NCBI GenBank assembly: GCA_963703285.1
Contig: OY969807.1
Coordinates: 1,216,001-1,280,000, forward strand
DNA from: an uncultured Nitrososphaerota archaeon
GTDB taxonomy: Archaea; Thermoproteota; Nitrososphaeria; Nitrososphaerales; Gagatemarchaeaceae
DNA length: 64,000 bases
Direction: 5' to 3'
Shown piece after piece: positions 30,474 to 40,184 of the stretch. The number at the start of each line of letters is the position of its first letter. Positions within the stretch are counted from its first letter, which is position 1. The notes under the pieces are model-generated. The model saw only the letters and a list, made by a program, of their open reading frames with translations. It was not told the DNA's origin and searched no databases. The translations under genes were made by a program, and so were the position numbers.

Positions 30474-31835
30474 ATGAGTCACAGAGTGGAGAAACTGACC
30501 GAGAATGCCAAAAGCAAGGTTGTCGAATCGACGAAGAAACTCACCTATGGGACCTGGCGATACCAAAAAAACTGGAAGCCGCTCCACATCGTCGATGCAA
30601 AAGGGTGCTATTTCTTTGACAGTGACGGTGGGAAATACCTCGACTTCTCATCGCAACTCATGTGCTCCAACCTTGGGCACAAGAACAAGGCCGTCATCGA
30701 CGCGATCTGCAGGCAGGCTGAGCAGCTGGCCTACATCGCTCCGACCTTCACCACCACTCCGAGAGCGGAACTCAGCGAACTCCTTCTCGAGGTGCTGCCC
30801 GAGGGACTGGAGAAGTTCTTCTACACGACCTCCGGGACCGAGGCTAACGAGGCCGCCATCAAGATAGCGCGGCTCTACACCGGGCGCCACAAGATTATCT
30901 CGAGGTATCGCTCCTACCACGGGTCGACTGGTGGTTCAATCGCGGCGACCGGAGACTTCCGGAGAATCCCCATCGAACCATCCGGCAAGATCGATGGGGT
31001 CATCTTCGCGCCAGATATGGACCAGTATAGATCGCCCTTCGGGTTCGATTTTCCAGACAGAGCTGCGGCCAGCGTTGCTTACATCGAATACATGATCAAG
31101 AACGAGGGCAACGTTGCCGCGATACTGGTGGAGCCGGTCGTGGGGACGAACGGGGTCCTGATTCCGCCGAAGGAGTACATGCCGATGCTCAGGGAGGTTG
31201 CCACAAAGCACGACGTCTTGCTCATCGTTGACGAGGTGATGTCAGGATGGGGGAGAACAGGCGAGTGGTTCGCCGTTGACCACTGGAAGGTGAAGCCAGA
31301 CATTCTCACGACCGCGAAGGGAATAACGGGGGCCTACGTACCCCTCGGCCTTACGGCGACCACGAAGGAGATCGCCGAATACTTCGAAGACCACTACTTT
31401 GCGCACGGCCACACGTATGAAGCCCACCCATTGATGCTGGCCGCTGCCGTCGCAGCCGTCAAAGAGTACAAGAGGCTCGACCTGATCAATCAGGCGCGGA
31501 AGAACGGGGAGTACCTCGGCAGGAGACTGAAGACGCTGATGGAGAAGCATCGCTCGGTGGGCGACGTTAGAGGCCTGGGTCTGTTCTGGGCGGTGGAGCT
31601 TGTCAAGGACAGGAGGACGAAACAGCCCTTCCAGGAAGCATCGGACAAGCTGGCCGGGCGGCCTTCAGTTCTGGACGCAGTAGCTGGCGCGATGATGAAG
31701 GAAGGAGTCTTCGTGAACACGTGGCTCAGCCACTTCATCGTTGCACCTCCGCTCATCGTGACGCACAAACAGATCGACGATGGGGTTGACGCGCTGGATC
31801 GCGCCCTCGAGTTGGCTGACATGCAGGTCGCGTAG
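30474..31835 (+). CDS. Class III PLP aminotransferase
   Basis: YLDFSSQ, SGTEANE, SYHGST, LIVDEVMSGWGRTG, TAKG. Confidence 0.95.
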   Translation: MSHRVEKLTENAKSKVVESTKKLTYGTWRYQKNWKPLHIVDAKGCYFFDSDGGKYLDFSSQLMCSNLGHKNKAVIDAICRQAEQLAYIAPTFTTTPRAELSELLLEVLPEGLEKFFYTTSGTEANEAAIKIARLYTGRHKIISRYRSYHGSTGGSIAATGDFRRIPIEPSGKIDGVIFAPDMDQYRSPFGFDFPDRAAASVAYIEYMIKNEGNVAAILVEPVVGTNGVLIPPKEYMPMLREVATKHDVLLIVDEVMSGWGRTGEWFAVDHWKVKPDILTTAKGITGAYVPLGLTATTKEIAEYFEDHYFAHGHTYEAHPLMLAAAVAAVKEYKRLDLINQARKNGEYLGRRLKTLMEKHRSVGDVRGLGLFWAVELVKDRRTKQPFQEASDKLAGRPSVLDAVAGAMMKEGVFVNTWLSHFIVAPPLIVTHKQIDDGVDALDRALELADMQVA

Positions 31836-31987
31836 ACCAAGAAGGTCGTGAAGCTGGGTTTCGCCGCGCCTTCGTTCTCTTGTTGGATGAGGGTCTTTTA
31901 GCTGGGGGTTGGAGGGCCGGGGTAAGCGACCCCACTTGCGGTTCCTGCTTCAATTCTTTTAAACCGAGACTATTAGGCAACCTTTGT

Positions 31988-32123
31988 GGGCCGGTAGTCT
32001 AGTCTGGTAGGATACGGCAAAAGGCGTCCAACCCCTTGGCAAGACTGGCTTCCGAAGTGGGGGAGGTCGGGGGTTCGAGACCCATCGCTTCGGCGACGGT
32101 GGGCGAATTTCCCCCCCGGTCCA
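31988..32123 (+). tRNA. tRNA-Ala(GGC) with three introns (~32016-32031, ~32042-32057, ~32079-32108)
   Basis: Acceptor GGGCCGG/CCGGTCC+A with G3-U70; anticodon GGC 32038-32040; CCCCC/GGGGG stems restored after intron removal. Confidence 0.88.
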
Positions 32124-32126
32124 CCT

Positions 32127-32500
32127 CTAATCCTTCGCCTTCTCTTTCTCCGTGATGTCCTTCTCAATCTTGCTCGCTCCCTCTTCGACGCGCTCGAGCC
32201 CCTCCCTTCAGATTGTGGTGGGGATCGGCCACAGGGTGAAGACTAGAATCGTTATCACCTAGCCGACTGTGACGAATGCCATTATCGAGGCGAAGATCTT
32301 CCCCGCGTCGATGTCCAGCAGGAGAGGAGGTCCCTGGCCCGTCGCGAGCATGCTCTCGAAGTAGACCGCGTTCACGTGGTTCATCCCCTCTATCGGATGG
32401 AAACCCACCCTGCCGATGACCATGACGGTAACGATTCCGGAGACCGCGTAGAGGACCCTCCTACGTGCTGTTTGGGCGTAAACCGGAGTCCCGCCAAGAC
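32127..32500 (-). pseudogene. Decayed small potassium-channel-like membrane protein
   Basis: GFHPIEGMNHVNAVYFESMLATGQGP...DAGKIFASIMAF followed by in-frame TAG and a frameshift. Confidence 0.6.
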
Positions 32501-32564
32501 CGACGAAGACTAGCCCATGGGTTTGTGATAAATAGATAGCACAGGCCCACGACAGCTCTCCGAG

Positions 32565-33404
32565 CTAGTTGAATTCCTTCCTCTCGAAGAGCAGGAGGCC
32601 GAGCAAAGCGCTTACCACGAAGTAGACCAGCATGATGACTAGCCCCTCGACGATCGTAGCGTTGTATGAGGGAAAGGTGAATCTCCCGCCTGCCCCGAGG
32701 GCGGTCAGCGTGTAGTGTGCGGGATAGGGGACCGTCAATATGTTCGAGACGATACCCTCCGCATAGGTGATGGAGAACCAGGGCTCTATCTTGAGCAAAA
32801 GGGTCGCGACATCACCTATTACGCTGAAGACAAATAGGAAGAGCATGATAGTGACCAGAAATGAAATCATGGTACTCTTGAAGAGGGAACTGAACATGAA
32901 CGTGACTGCGAGGGCGGACAGGAGATAGAACCAAGCGAACAGGAAAGACTCCAGAAACAGAGTGGGAAAACCAAATCCATAGTACAGACCGTTCGCAAGC
33001 GTGAACGCCAAGAACAGCAACAGTATCAGAGTGGATGCGATGAACGCGGCCAGAAATTTGCCGATGTATATCGTGGACCTCCTGACAGGATTCGGGACGA
33101 GGTAGTAGCCCGTCTTGTTTTGGAACTCTCCAGAGATTGCATCACCACCGAAGAAGACCACCGTTAGTACGATAAAGATGTCGATGAATGTAGCCCACCA
33201 CGATCCATAGAACCCGAGGGGCGTGCTGATGAAGGCGGGCGACCGGGTGTACGCCACCGCTGCCGTAAGAGCAACGTTGACGAGGACGACGATCGAGACC
33301 ATGACGAGGAACCTCCTCGCACGGAGGTAGTTGAGGAAAGAATACTTTGTAATTATACCGACCTGTGCTGCGGAGGAAGCCTTGGCACCTGATGCGCTCG
33401 CCAT
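32565..33404 (-). CDS. ABC-2 type transporter permease
   Basis: Multi-TM; DAISGEFQNKTG...PVRR..IY.GK. Confidence 0.9.
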   Translation of the reverse strand: MASASGAKASSAAQVGIITKYSFLNYLRARRFLVMVSIVVLVNVALTAAVAYTRSPAFISTPLGFYGSWWATFIDIFIVLTVVFFGGDAISGEFQNKTGYYLVPNPVRRSTIYIGKFLAAFIASTLILLLFLAFTLANGLYYGFGFPTLFLESFLFAWFYLLSALAVTFMFSSLFKSTMISFLVTIMLFLFVFSVIGDVATLLLKIEPWFSITYAEGIVSNILTVPYPAHYTLTALGAGGRFTFPSYNATIVEGLVIMLVYFVVSALLGLLLFERKEFN

Positions 33405-33405
33405 G

Positions 33406-34353
33406 CTACACGGTCTCCTTGATTAGGTTGAGATAGACGTCCTCTAGCGCGGAGGTAGCTGGCCTGTAGCTCAAGACAGGCGCGTTCAGCTTGACCAAAT
33501 CCGAGAGTATCCTCGCCTGCACGTCGAGTCCTCCGCCGTACTTTATCCTGACGTTCCTTGGGTCCATCTGTTCGGCTGCGACTACTCCGGGAATTTTCGA
33601 TATGGTCGCGATGGTGAGGGTCGCGTCGAGCGGTTTCAGCAGCCCCAATTCCAGGATGTTGACGTCGCCCGAAAACTTGGCGGTCACGTTGGATAGCGTG
33701 TCGTAGACCAGAAGCTTGCCGTGATCTATCATCGCCACCTCGTCGCAGACCTCGGAGACCTCGCTCAGGATGTGGGAGCTCATGAAAATCAGCCTGTTCT
33801 GGCTCTTTAGGGATTTCACTATGTCCCTCACCTCACTCATTCCCCGGGGGTCGAGGCCCGTGCTCGGCTCGTCCAGGAGCAGAATCGAAGGATCGTTAAT
33901 CAGGGAAGACGCTATGTCTATCCTCTGCTTCATGCCCTTGGAGAACTTGCCCACCCTCTTGTCCATCCATTCCTCCATCTTCACCTGCGCTACCGCTTCG
34001 TCAATCCTCTTCTGACGCTCAGCCTTGGGGACTCCGCGGAGCTCGGCGATCATCAGCAGCGCCTCCCTTGGCGTGAGCGAGGGATAGATCTCGGGCGTCT
34101 CGATGAGCGTCCCGACGGACTCGAGGGCAGCCTTCTTGTGGGTGTGGACATTCTCGCCGTTGATGAAAGCCTGGCCGGAGGACGGCATAATCAGGTCGGT
34201 GAGCATCTTGAGTGTTGTGGTCTTCCCGGCTCCGTTGGGGCCTAGGAACCCGACGCACTTCGCCCCCTCGAGCTTCAGATTCAGGTTCGCGACGGCCGTG
34301 AACGACCCGTAGGTCTTGGAAAGGTTGACTATGTCGACGGAAGGATTTGTCAT
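33406..34353 (-). CDS. ABC transporter ATP-binding protein
   Basis: GPNGAGKTT, FSKGMKQR, LLLDEPSTGLDP. Confidence 0.95.
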   Translation of the reverse strand: MTNPSVDIVNLSKTYGSFTAVANLNLKLEGAKCVGFLGPNGAGKTTTLKMLTDLIMPSSGQAFINGENVHTHKKAALESVGTLIETPEIYPSLTPREALLMIAELRGVPKAERQKRIDEAVAQVKMEEWMDKRVGKFSKGMKQRIDIASSLINDPSILLLDEPSTGLDPRGMSEVRDIVKSLKSQNRLIFMSSHILSEVSEVCDEVAMIDHGKLLVYDTLSNVTAKFSGDVNILELGLLKPLDATLTIATISKIPGVVAAEQMDPRNVRIKYGGGLDVQARILSDLVKLNAPVLSYRPATSALEDVYLNLIKETV

Positions 34354-34368
34354 GCCCTAGGTCACCGA

Positions 34369-35484
34369 CTATTGGCCGATTCCGAGGGTGTTTCCTATCC
34401 CCGCGACGAGTATCTTGTCTCCTTCCTTCGTCCTGTCGTCGATAAGGTGCCTCACCATGGCGACGGCCTTGTCGACCGCGTCGCCGAGGTCCTTCCGCAT
34501 GGCGGTCAGCGTCTCGACGTCGCCCTGCTTGATGAGTACGGCGTAGACCGGGATGTGGTGCTTCGCAGAGATCTCCTCGATATCGAACTTCTCGATGCCG
34601 AGCCCTCCTATCGCGGCTCCGACGCCCTGGGCGATCTCTCCTGACTGCTCACCCTCGAACTTCTGGGCCGCGTCGACCATGACTATGAGGTCCAATGGAA
34701 CCGACCTCTCCTCCACAAGCCGCTGGAGGCCGACGTGGGGTTCTCCGACCCATCCCATCGGTCCCTCCGCCTTCATCACGTAGACCGTCCTACCGTTGTA
34801 CTCCGTCTTCGCCATCACCGTGTCCTTGGCGATGCGCTCGGTGGGAGCCCCGGCGATTAGCCTGGAGGCGAGGAGCGGCCCTACGCCGTCTCCAATGGGC
34901 TGCGCCATCTTGAACGTCTCCGTAGCCTTGGAGAGCGCCCCGGCCATCTCCATAATCTGCGGGAGCACCATCTGCAGCTGGAATATCGCGATGAACGAGT
35001 TGGTCTTCTTGCTGGTTAGGTAGTAGTGCCTCACGACCTTGTGGATGATGTTCAGCGTGCTGGATATCTCCACCAGGTTGGACGCCACGGAGACCTTGAG
35101 GGGGTCGTCCGTTCCGAGGAGGGCCTGGACTTCGGACTTGACCCTATCCTCTCCCGTCTTGGTGATGTGCTCTAGCTTGCCGACGAGCCCATTCGGGTCG
35201 AGGCTGACGGGCGGTATAGTGACGTACTCCAGGAACTGCGTGAGCCTCTCTGCGACGACCTTGCTGTCCTTGCTGATCCCGAGGAAGTAGTCGGTGGTGT
35301 CCTTGACCGCCGAGTCCTTCATCACGACGAGCTTCCTCAGCGACTTCGTGACGCTCGTCTCCGCCACGTAGAATTGGATCCTCTGGCCGTAGACCATGAA
35401 GACGAAGAAGAACCCGTAGGTGATTATGGTGACTAGGCTGCTCAGGTTGATGCTCGGGAAGAGGCTAGACGCGGTGCTAGACAA
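34369..35484 (-). CDS. DUF1512-family protein
   Basis: PIGDGVGPL, VDAAQKFEGE.SG.IA.GVGAAIGG.G.EK, GIGNTLGIGQ. Confidence 0.85.
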   Translation of the reverse strand: MSSTASSLFPSINLSSLVTIITYGFFFVFMVYGQRIQFYVAETSVTKSLRKLVVMKDSAVKDTTDYFLGISKDSKVVAERLTQFLEYVTIPPVSLDPNGLVGKLEHITKTGEDRVKSEVQALLGTDDPLKVSVASNLVEISSTLNIIHKVVRHYYLTSKKTNSFIAIFQLQMVLPQIMEMAGALSKATETFKMAQPIGDGVGPLLASRLIAGAPTERIAKDTVMAKTEYNGRTVYVMKAEGPMGWVGEPHVGLQRLVEERSVPLDLIVMVDAAQKFEGEQSGEIAQGVGAAIGGLGIEKFDIEEISAKHHIPVYAVLIKQGDVETLTAMRKDLGDAVDKAVAMVRHLIDDRTKEGDKILVAGIGNTLGIGQ

Positions 35485-35594
35485 GGAAACTCTCAGCCTT
35501 GGGGAAGGCTTTCCTATATAACGGTATCGACAGCGGGTTCTGTTAACTCTCCGTCATCGGGGGCGGGATTTTCTCGGTGTTAACTGGCGTCAGC

Positions 35595-35906
35595 TCATGG
35601 TTCAGCGTACCAGCCATCCGGCGAACCGACGTATTGCTCGGGACAGTCCGTCAGTCCTTCAAGCGTGAATTGGAACCAGACCTTTTCGGATCGCTTGGTG
35701 ATTTTTGTTATTTTTCCTTCCCAGCACTTGTCAGGGATTCTTGTGTCCCTATTGACCTTGATGAACAACGCGGGTGTGTTATCAAGGAGATTCACTGGAT
35801 TCAGGAGCAAGCCCCTCAGTAGCTGGTATGGATAGGACGAGAGACCGTTCACTTTGTCCCAGTGCTTTCCCCAAGATGTGATCAATACATATCTCAAGAC
35901 AATCAA
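35595..35906 (-). CDS. Hypothetical passenger protein
   Basis: 103-aa ORF directly after the R-M gene. Confidence 0.6.
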   Translation of the reverse strand: MIVLRYVLITSWGKHWDKVNGLSSYPYQLLRGLLLNPVNLLDNTPALFIKVNRDTRIPDKCWEGKITKITKRSEKVWFQFTLEGLTDCPEQYVGSPDGWYAEP

Positions 35907-35911
35907 ATCAG

Positions 35912-38326
35912 TTAGAAAGACTTGGACATGGCGGCAAACAGATGTTCAGTATCACGCTTGGACTTTATGAAATTCTTGAAGTCCCTTTCGACCTGATTGA
36001 TCACCTTCTCATCGACCAGAGGTATCTTTATGTTCTGAATCAGGGTCGAACTCAGGTGGGCGACGGTTGCCGTTTGCGTCTTGTCGCTGAACAACTGCTT
36101 TTGCCCAATCTTCGAGATTAGAACAAAGAATACGTAAGCAGGGGAAATCTTGTTCTTGTCAACACGTATGATTGCGACTCTCTGATTTACGGCGATGTCG
36201 GTTGTTTCACTATCAATATAGGCCGCCCTGAACTCTTTGTTCCCGTCCATACCGAGAAGGATATCATCCTCTTCCAGTTTAATTGTGCGACAAGTTCTGT
36301 AGTAATCGGTGGGGATCGTCTCCAAATCCCCTTTCGATAGCAAGGAGTTGTTGAGATGAGCAATCTTCGTAAGAGGCTGTTCACCCTTCCCGAAGTACTT
36401 GCTCTGGAATGCATATCCCGCCATTACCTTTCCGTTCTTCAGGTATTGCTTCAGTTCCTTGAACTGTCCATTCGGAAGAGATACACGCCTCGATCGATAT
36501 TGAGGATCAAGGCGTTCAAAGACTGGAACGCTGGATAGCTTTACCCATTTTGATGAATTGAACGTTCTTTTCTCTTTGAAGGCTTTGAGTATCTCGGGAA
36601 ACTCGTTGCCGTCTTCCTTGATCATGTGCCTCTTGAACTTGTAACCAATCTGATCTGCCGTCCCGAAGAAACATTCGTCATCTTCTTGCTCCACTCCCTT
36701 CCTGCAAAAGAGTATTGTTGTCTTTGTTGCCCCGCCTCCACTGTAGGGTTTGAATGCCTCATCGCTAAGTTTCACTACGGCAAGAACTTTGGCATTCTCA
36801 CGGATGAACTGTCTTATGCATCCCTCTGATGAATTGGAAAAGAGGCCGTCGTGAAGGATTATCCCCAAGAAGCCCCCATCCCTTAGCAGCTTCAGGCATC
36901 TCTCAAGGAATAGAACCCCGTTGTCCTGACCGTCTAACAGCTCCCCACTTTTCTCGAATCGTTGAGTCAGATGATTGAAAAAGTATCTATGTCCTGTGTC
37001 GAATGCCGCCAAAATTGTCTTGTCTTGGACTTGAACGACGGACTTCGAGCCAAAGGGAGGATTCGTCAGGGCAATGTCGAATGAACCTTCCTTAATATGA
37101 TCGTTAAGGAGGGTCAGGCCGTTTCCTTTGAAGATCGCAGTATGGCCATCACCGTTCATCGACATGCTGAGTTTTGCAAGGGAGGCGACACTGCCATCCT
37201 TCTCAATTCCAAACACTTGATTGGTCTGAAGCTGAGTTATCTTTTCCTTGTATTCTGGTGAGTCAGCGAGGAAGCTATCCTTGACTTTGGATGCAAGCCT
37301 GATGAAACTTTTCTCTATGAAGCCGCCAGTCCCGCAGGCAGGGTCGATGATCCTGTCCTTGAGTCGGGGGTCTGCCATGTCCACCATGAAATTGACTATG
37401 TTCCTGTGGGTGAAGAACTGACCCATCTCTCGACCCTTGAGCGTGTTGTTCAGGAACGAATCGAATGCTGAACCCTTTCTCTCAATTGGAATCGAGTCGA
37501 GAGTGTATTTGTAAAGAGATTCGACTATCTCGTTCAGGGTCTTAATGGATAGGTTCCTGCTGATTGTCTTCTCCTCGGGCTGGAGAAGATCGGTGTCAAC
37601 GTATTGGAGGCATTCGGAAAGATACTGATAGATGTCGTCTTCAATCTTCTTTCTCTTCGTCTCTGATGTCGTGTCCTTGTACTGGTTGTAATACTCCGAG
37701 ATTGTCCTTAAGTTGTAAAGACTTCGCCCCCGCTCCTCGTTGGTCTTGATTAGGATTAGCTTGACCAGTATGTGAAGGGCTTCGGCGGGTTTGACGGCAT
37801 CTTCGGCATACATGCGGTTGTGGGCATAGATGAACCACTTCTCGACATCGTCAGAACTTGGTAGCTTCTTGACATACGCCTCCTTGCCTATCAGGATTTG
37901 CCTGAACCTATCGACGTTAGCGAAGACGTTCTTGAGGTCTAACTCAAACCAGAACTTGTCCGATTCATAGAGTCGGTTGCTATATCCGCTCGTTAGGAAT
38001 AGGTATCGAGTGTTGACATCTGGGCTAACGCAGTAGGACATTCCTTGATTGTAGTCGTCTGGGATCGTAAGACCGACTTTGGGTGACTTGGCCTCTATAA
38101 TGAGGGTCGGAAGCACGTCATCTTTCGCCATGATGTCCGTCTGAAGAGTTTCGTAGCTCTTGCTTCCAGCCTTGACACGAACTGAGACTTTGCTGAAGAT
38201 GTTCTTCTCCCTGTATCCTAACTCCTTCAGGATAGGGAAAACGACGCTCTTCTCGACTTGTCCCTCTGAAGGGTTGATTTCGAGTGCATCGCGGGCATCG
38301 TTGAACTTGGATGGCTCCGCCATCAT
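35912..38326 (-). CDS. Fused restriction-modification enzyme (nuclease, N6-adenine MTase, one TRD; type IIG-like)
   Basis: TDI...IIEAK PD-(D/E)xK-like motif, GQFFT, DPACGTGGF, TNPPFG, HsdS-like GYAF...NQRVAIIR...IKIPL. Confidence 0.88.
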   Translation of the reverse strand: MMAEPSKFNDARDALEINPSEGQVEKSVVFPILKELGYREKNIFSKVSVRVKAGSKSYETLQTDIMAKDDVLPTLIIEAKSPKVGLTIPDDYNQGMSYCVSPDVNTRYLFLTSGYSNRLYESDKFWFELDLKNVFANVDRFRQILIGKEAYVKKLPSSDDVEKWFIYAHNRMYAEDAVKPAEALHILVKLILIKTNEERGRSLYNLRTISEYYNQYKDTTSETKRKKIEDDIYQYLSECLQYVDTDLLQPEEKTISRNLSIKTLNEIVESLYKYTLDSIPIERKGSAFDSFLNNTLKGREMGQFFTHRNIVNFMVDMADPRLKDRIIDPACGTGGFIEKSFIRLASKVKDSFLADSPEYKEKITQLQTNQVFGIEKDGSVASLAKLSMSMNGDGHTAIFKGNGLTLLNDHIKEGSFDIALTNPPFGSKSVVQVQDKTILAAFDTGHRYFFNHLTQRFEKSGELLDGQDNGVLFLERCLKLLRDGGFLGIILHDGLFSNSSEGCIRQFIRENAKVLAVVKLSDEAFKPYSGGGATKTTILFCRKGVEQEDDECFFGTADQIGYKFKRHMIKEDGNEFPEILKAFKEKRTFNSSKWVKLSSVPVFERLDPQYRSRRVSLPNGQFKELKQYLKNGKVMAGYAFQSKYFGKGEQPLTKIAHLNNSLLSKGDLETIPTDYYRTCRTIKLEEDDILLGMDGNKEFRAAYIDSETTDIAVNQRVAIIRVDKNKISPAYVFFVLISKIGQKQLFSDKTQTATVAHLSSTLIQNIKIPLVDEKVINQVERDFKNFIKSKRDTEHLFAAMSKSF

Positions 38327-38502
38327 TCCTTACCTCCAGACTCTGCATTGTCGAGCAGTTGATTGATCACGTCATCAAAAGACACCTTTGAAGTCCGCTT
38401 CTCTCCAATCACCTTTGCCTTGAACGCGTCTAATCGTGAGAAGGTCTCAGACTTGAGCATGACAGAATGCTGCTTTTGCTTCCCCTTCCGATTGCCTTCC
38501 AA
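38323..38502 (-). CDS. 59-aa RHH/antitoxin-like protein, possible R-M controller (absent from ORF track)
   Basis: HSVMLKSETFSRLDAFK...SFDDVINQLLD; stop overlaps the R-M ATG. Confidence 0.6.
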   Translation of the reverse strand: MEGNRKGKQKQHSVMLKSETFSRLDAFKAKVIGEKRTSKVSFDDVINQLLDNAESGGKE

Positions 38503-38630
38503 ATGAACATCATTGGTATGTTTGTTTCAGTTAATATGTCTGCTATAGATGATTTGGCAGACGTGTCAAAATGAGCTAACCCTCTCGGTACAAAGACACT
38601 ATCACACATAACGGATATATCTGGTATAAA

Positions 38631-38816
38631 TTATATTTTCTGTGTGTTTAGTTCGGCCTTCACTTCAATTCGCTTCCCCTTGATCGCAAAAGTGATGCGT
38701 GAGGGATTTCCGAGTACGTCCATCACTGGCTTAGGGATTGAACTGGAATACCCTCGGCTCTCAACATGATTGACGCCGACCGTGAACTCGGTTGCGTCCT
38801 TTTTCCACTTCGGCAC
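38631..38816 (-). CDS. AbrB/MazE-like small DNA-binding protein
   Basis: SSSIPKPVMDVLG.P..ITF.I.G..IEV; divergent from transposase. Confidence 0.65.
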   Translation of the reverse strand: MPKWKKDATEFTVGVNHVESRGYSSSIPKPVMDVLGNPSRITFAIKGKRIEVKAELNTQKI

Positions 38817-38831
38817 GGAGCAAGGTTAGAT

Positions 38832-38910
38832 TATCTACGTATATAATGCTATTCGTAATCCCTAACTATCTACGTAGATACCGATATCCTAATATATCTA
38901 CGTAGATATA
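38832..38910. promoter_or_regulatory. Three palindromic operator-like sites TATCTACGTAGATA
   Basis: 38832-38845 (1 mismatch), 38867-38880 (perfect), 38893-38910 (18-bp perfect). Confidence 0.7.
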
Positions 38911-38933
38911 CCTAAGGACATGCAACGAGCAAC

Positions 38934-40154
38934 TTGGACGAAAGTGAAACGAATCCAGAAATGCCGACGAATGAGGGGTTGGTAAAGATGAACCCCTCCC
39001 CGCTTTTTGTTTCAAGAGAGGTCAGGGGCGAGCAAATCGCCCGACAGTTCGGATGGGTGAAGCGCGTGGACGAGTCCCAATATCTCGTCCACTCCCAGAG
39101 CAGGGACTTCGAGTATTCCGTTCTCAGCACTGAGTTCGGTTGGGTCTGCTCATGCCCAGATGCGATGTACAGGGGGGCGAAGTGTAAGCACATTCACGCC
39201 GTAGAGCTGAGTTTCATCCTCAGAAAGATTGTTGCAAGACAGGCGGTTGCGATCCAGCCCGTCAACGTTCAGGGTTGCCCAAAATGTTCCTGTCTCGACA
39301 TCAAGAAGGGCGGCCTCAGGCACAACAAGGCAGGGGACTTGCAGAAGTTCAGGTGTAAGGAATGTGGCTACTGGTTCACGATTAACCTCGGATTCGAGAA
39401 GGTTCAGGCGACCCCCCAAGCCATCACAGGGGCGATGCAACTCTACTTCTCAGGTGAGAGCCTTAGGAGCGTCCAGAAGTTCCTTAGACTTCAGGGGGTC
39501 AACGTCTCCCATGTCTGCGTTTACAAGTGGATTGGGAAGTATGTTAAGTTGATGGGCGGGTATCTCGACCAGATTCAGCCTCAAGTGGGTGACAAATGGA
39601 GGACGGATGAGCTGTATCTGAAGGTAAAGGGCGACATGAAGTACCTCTTCGCGATGATCGACGATGAGACCCGCTTCTGGATTGCCCAGCAAATCGCAGA
39701 CCACAAGGGAACGAGCGACGTAAGGCCGATGTTCAAGGAGGCGATGAAGGTCGCGGGAAAGAAACCCGAGGTCTTGATTAGCGACGGAGCACCCAACTTC
39801 CACCGAGCATACAACAAGGAGTTCTGGACGCACTTCAACCCGAGGCCGACGCACGTTAAGGAAATCGCGCTCCGAGGTCGGATTCATAACAACAAGATGG
39901 AGCGTTTCAACGGGGAACTCAGAGACCGAGAGAAGGTCATGCGGAGCCTCAAGACGAGCGAGACCCCGATACTCCAAGGGATGCAAATCTTCCACAACTA
40001 TCTGAGGCCACACATGGGCCTTGAGGGAAAGACGCCCGCCGAGGCCGCTGGAATCTCAATCGAGGGAGAGAACAAGTGGCTGACAATCATCCAGAACGCC
40101 CAGATGACGAGAGTTAACACCGAGAAGAATCTGGAGTCGATGACGAAGAGTTAA
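38934..40154 (+). CDS. IS6-family DDE transposase with N-terminal SWIM and zinc-ribbon domains
   Basis: CSCPD...CKH, CPKC...CKEC, WRTDELY, ISDG, NNKMERFNG. Confidence 0.92.
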   Translation: MDESETNPEMPTNEGLVKMNPSPLFVSREVRGEQIARQFGWVKRVDESQYLVHSQSRDFEYSVLSTEFGWVCSCPDAMYRGAKCKHIHAVELSFILRKIVARQAVAIQPVNVQGCPKCSCLDIKKGGLRHNKAGDLQKFRCKECGYWFTINLGFEKVQATPQAITGAMQLYFSGESLRSVQKFLRLQGVNVSHVCVYKWIGKYVKLMGGYLDQIQPQVGDKWRTDELYLKVKGDMKYLFAMIDDETRFWIAQQIADHKGTSDVRPMFKEAMKVAGKKPEVLISDGAPNFHRAYNKEFWTHFNPRPTHVKEIALRGRIHNNKMERFNGELRDREKVMRSLKTSETPILQGMQIFHNYLRPHMGLEGKTPAEAAGISIEGENKWLTIIQNAQMTRVNTEKNLESMTKS

Positions 40155-40184
40155 CAGAACCCGACAGCGATATAGTGCTCAGGC

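Larger units (their letters stand above)
35536..40161 (+). mobile_element. IS6-family transposon with passenger genes (4626 bp)
   Basis: TIR GGTTCTGTTAACTCT(C/T)CGTCATCG at both ends; exact 8-bp TSD CGACAGCG at 35528-35535 and 40162-40169; lower GC than flanks. Confidence 0.93.
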
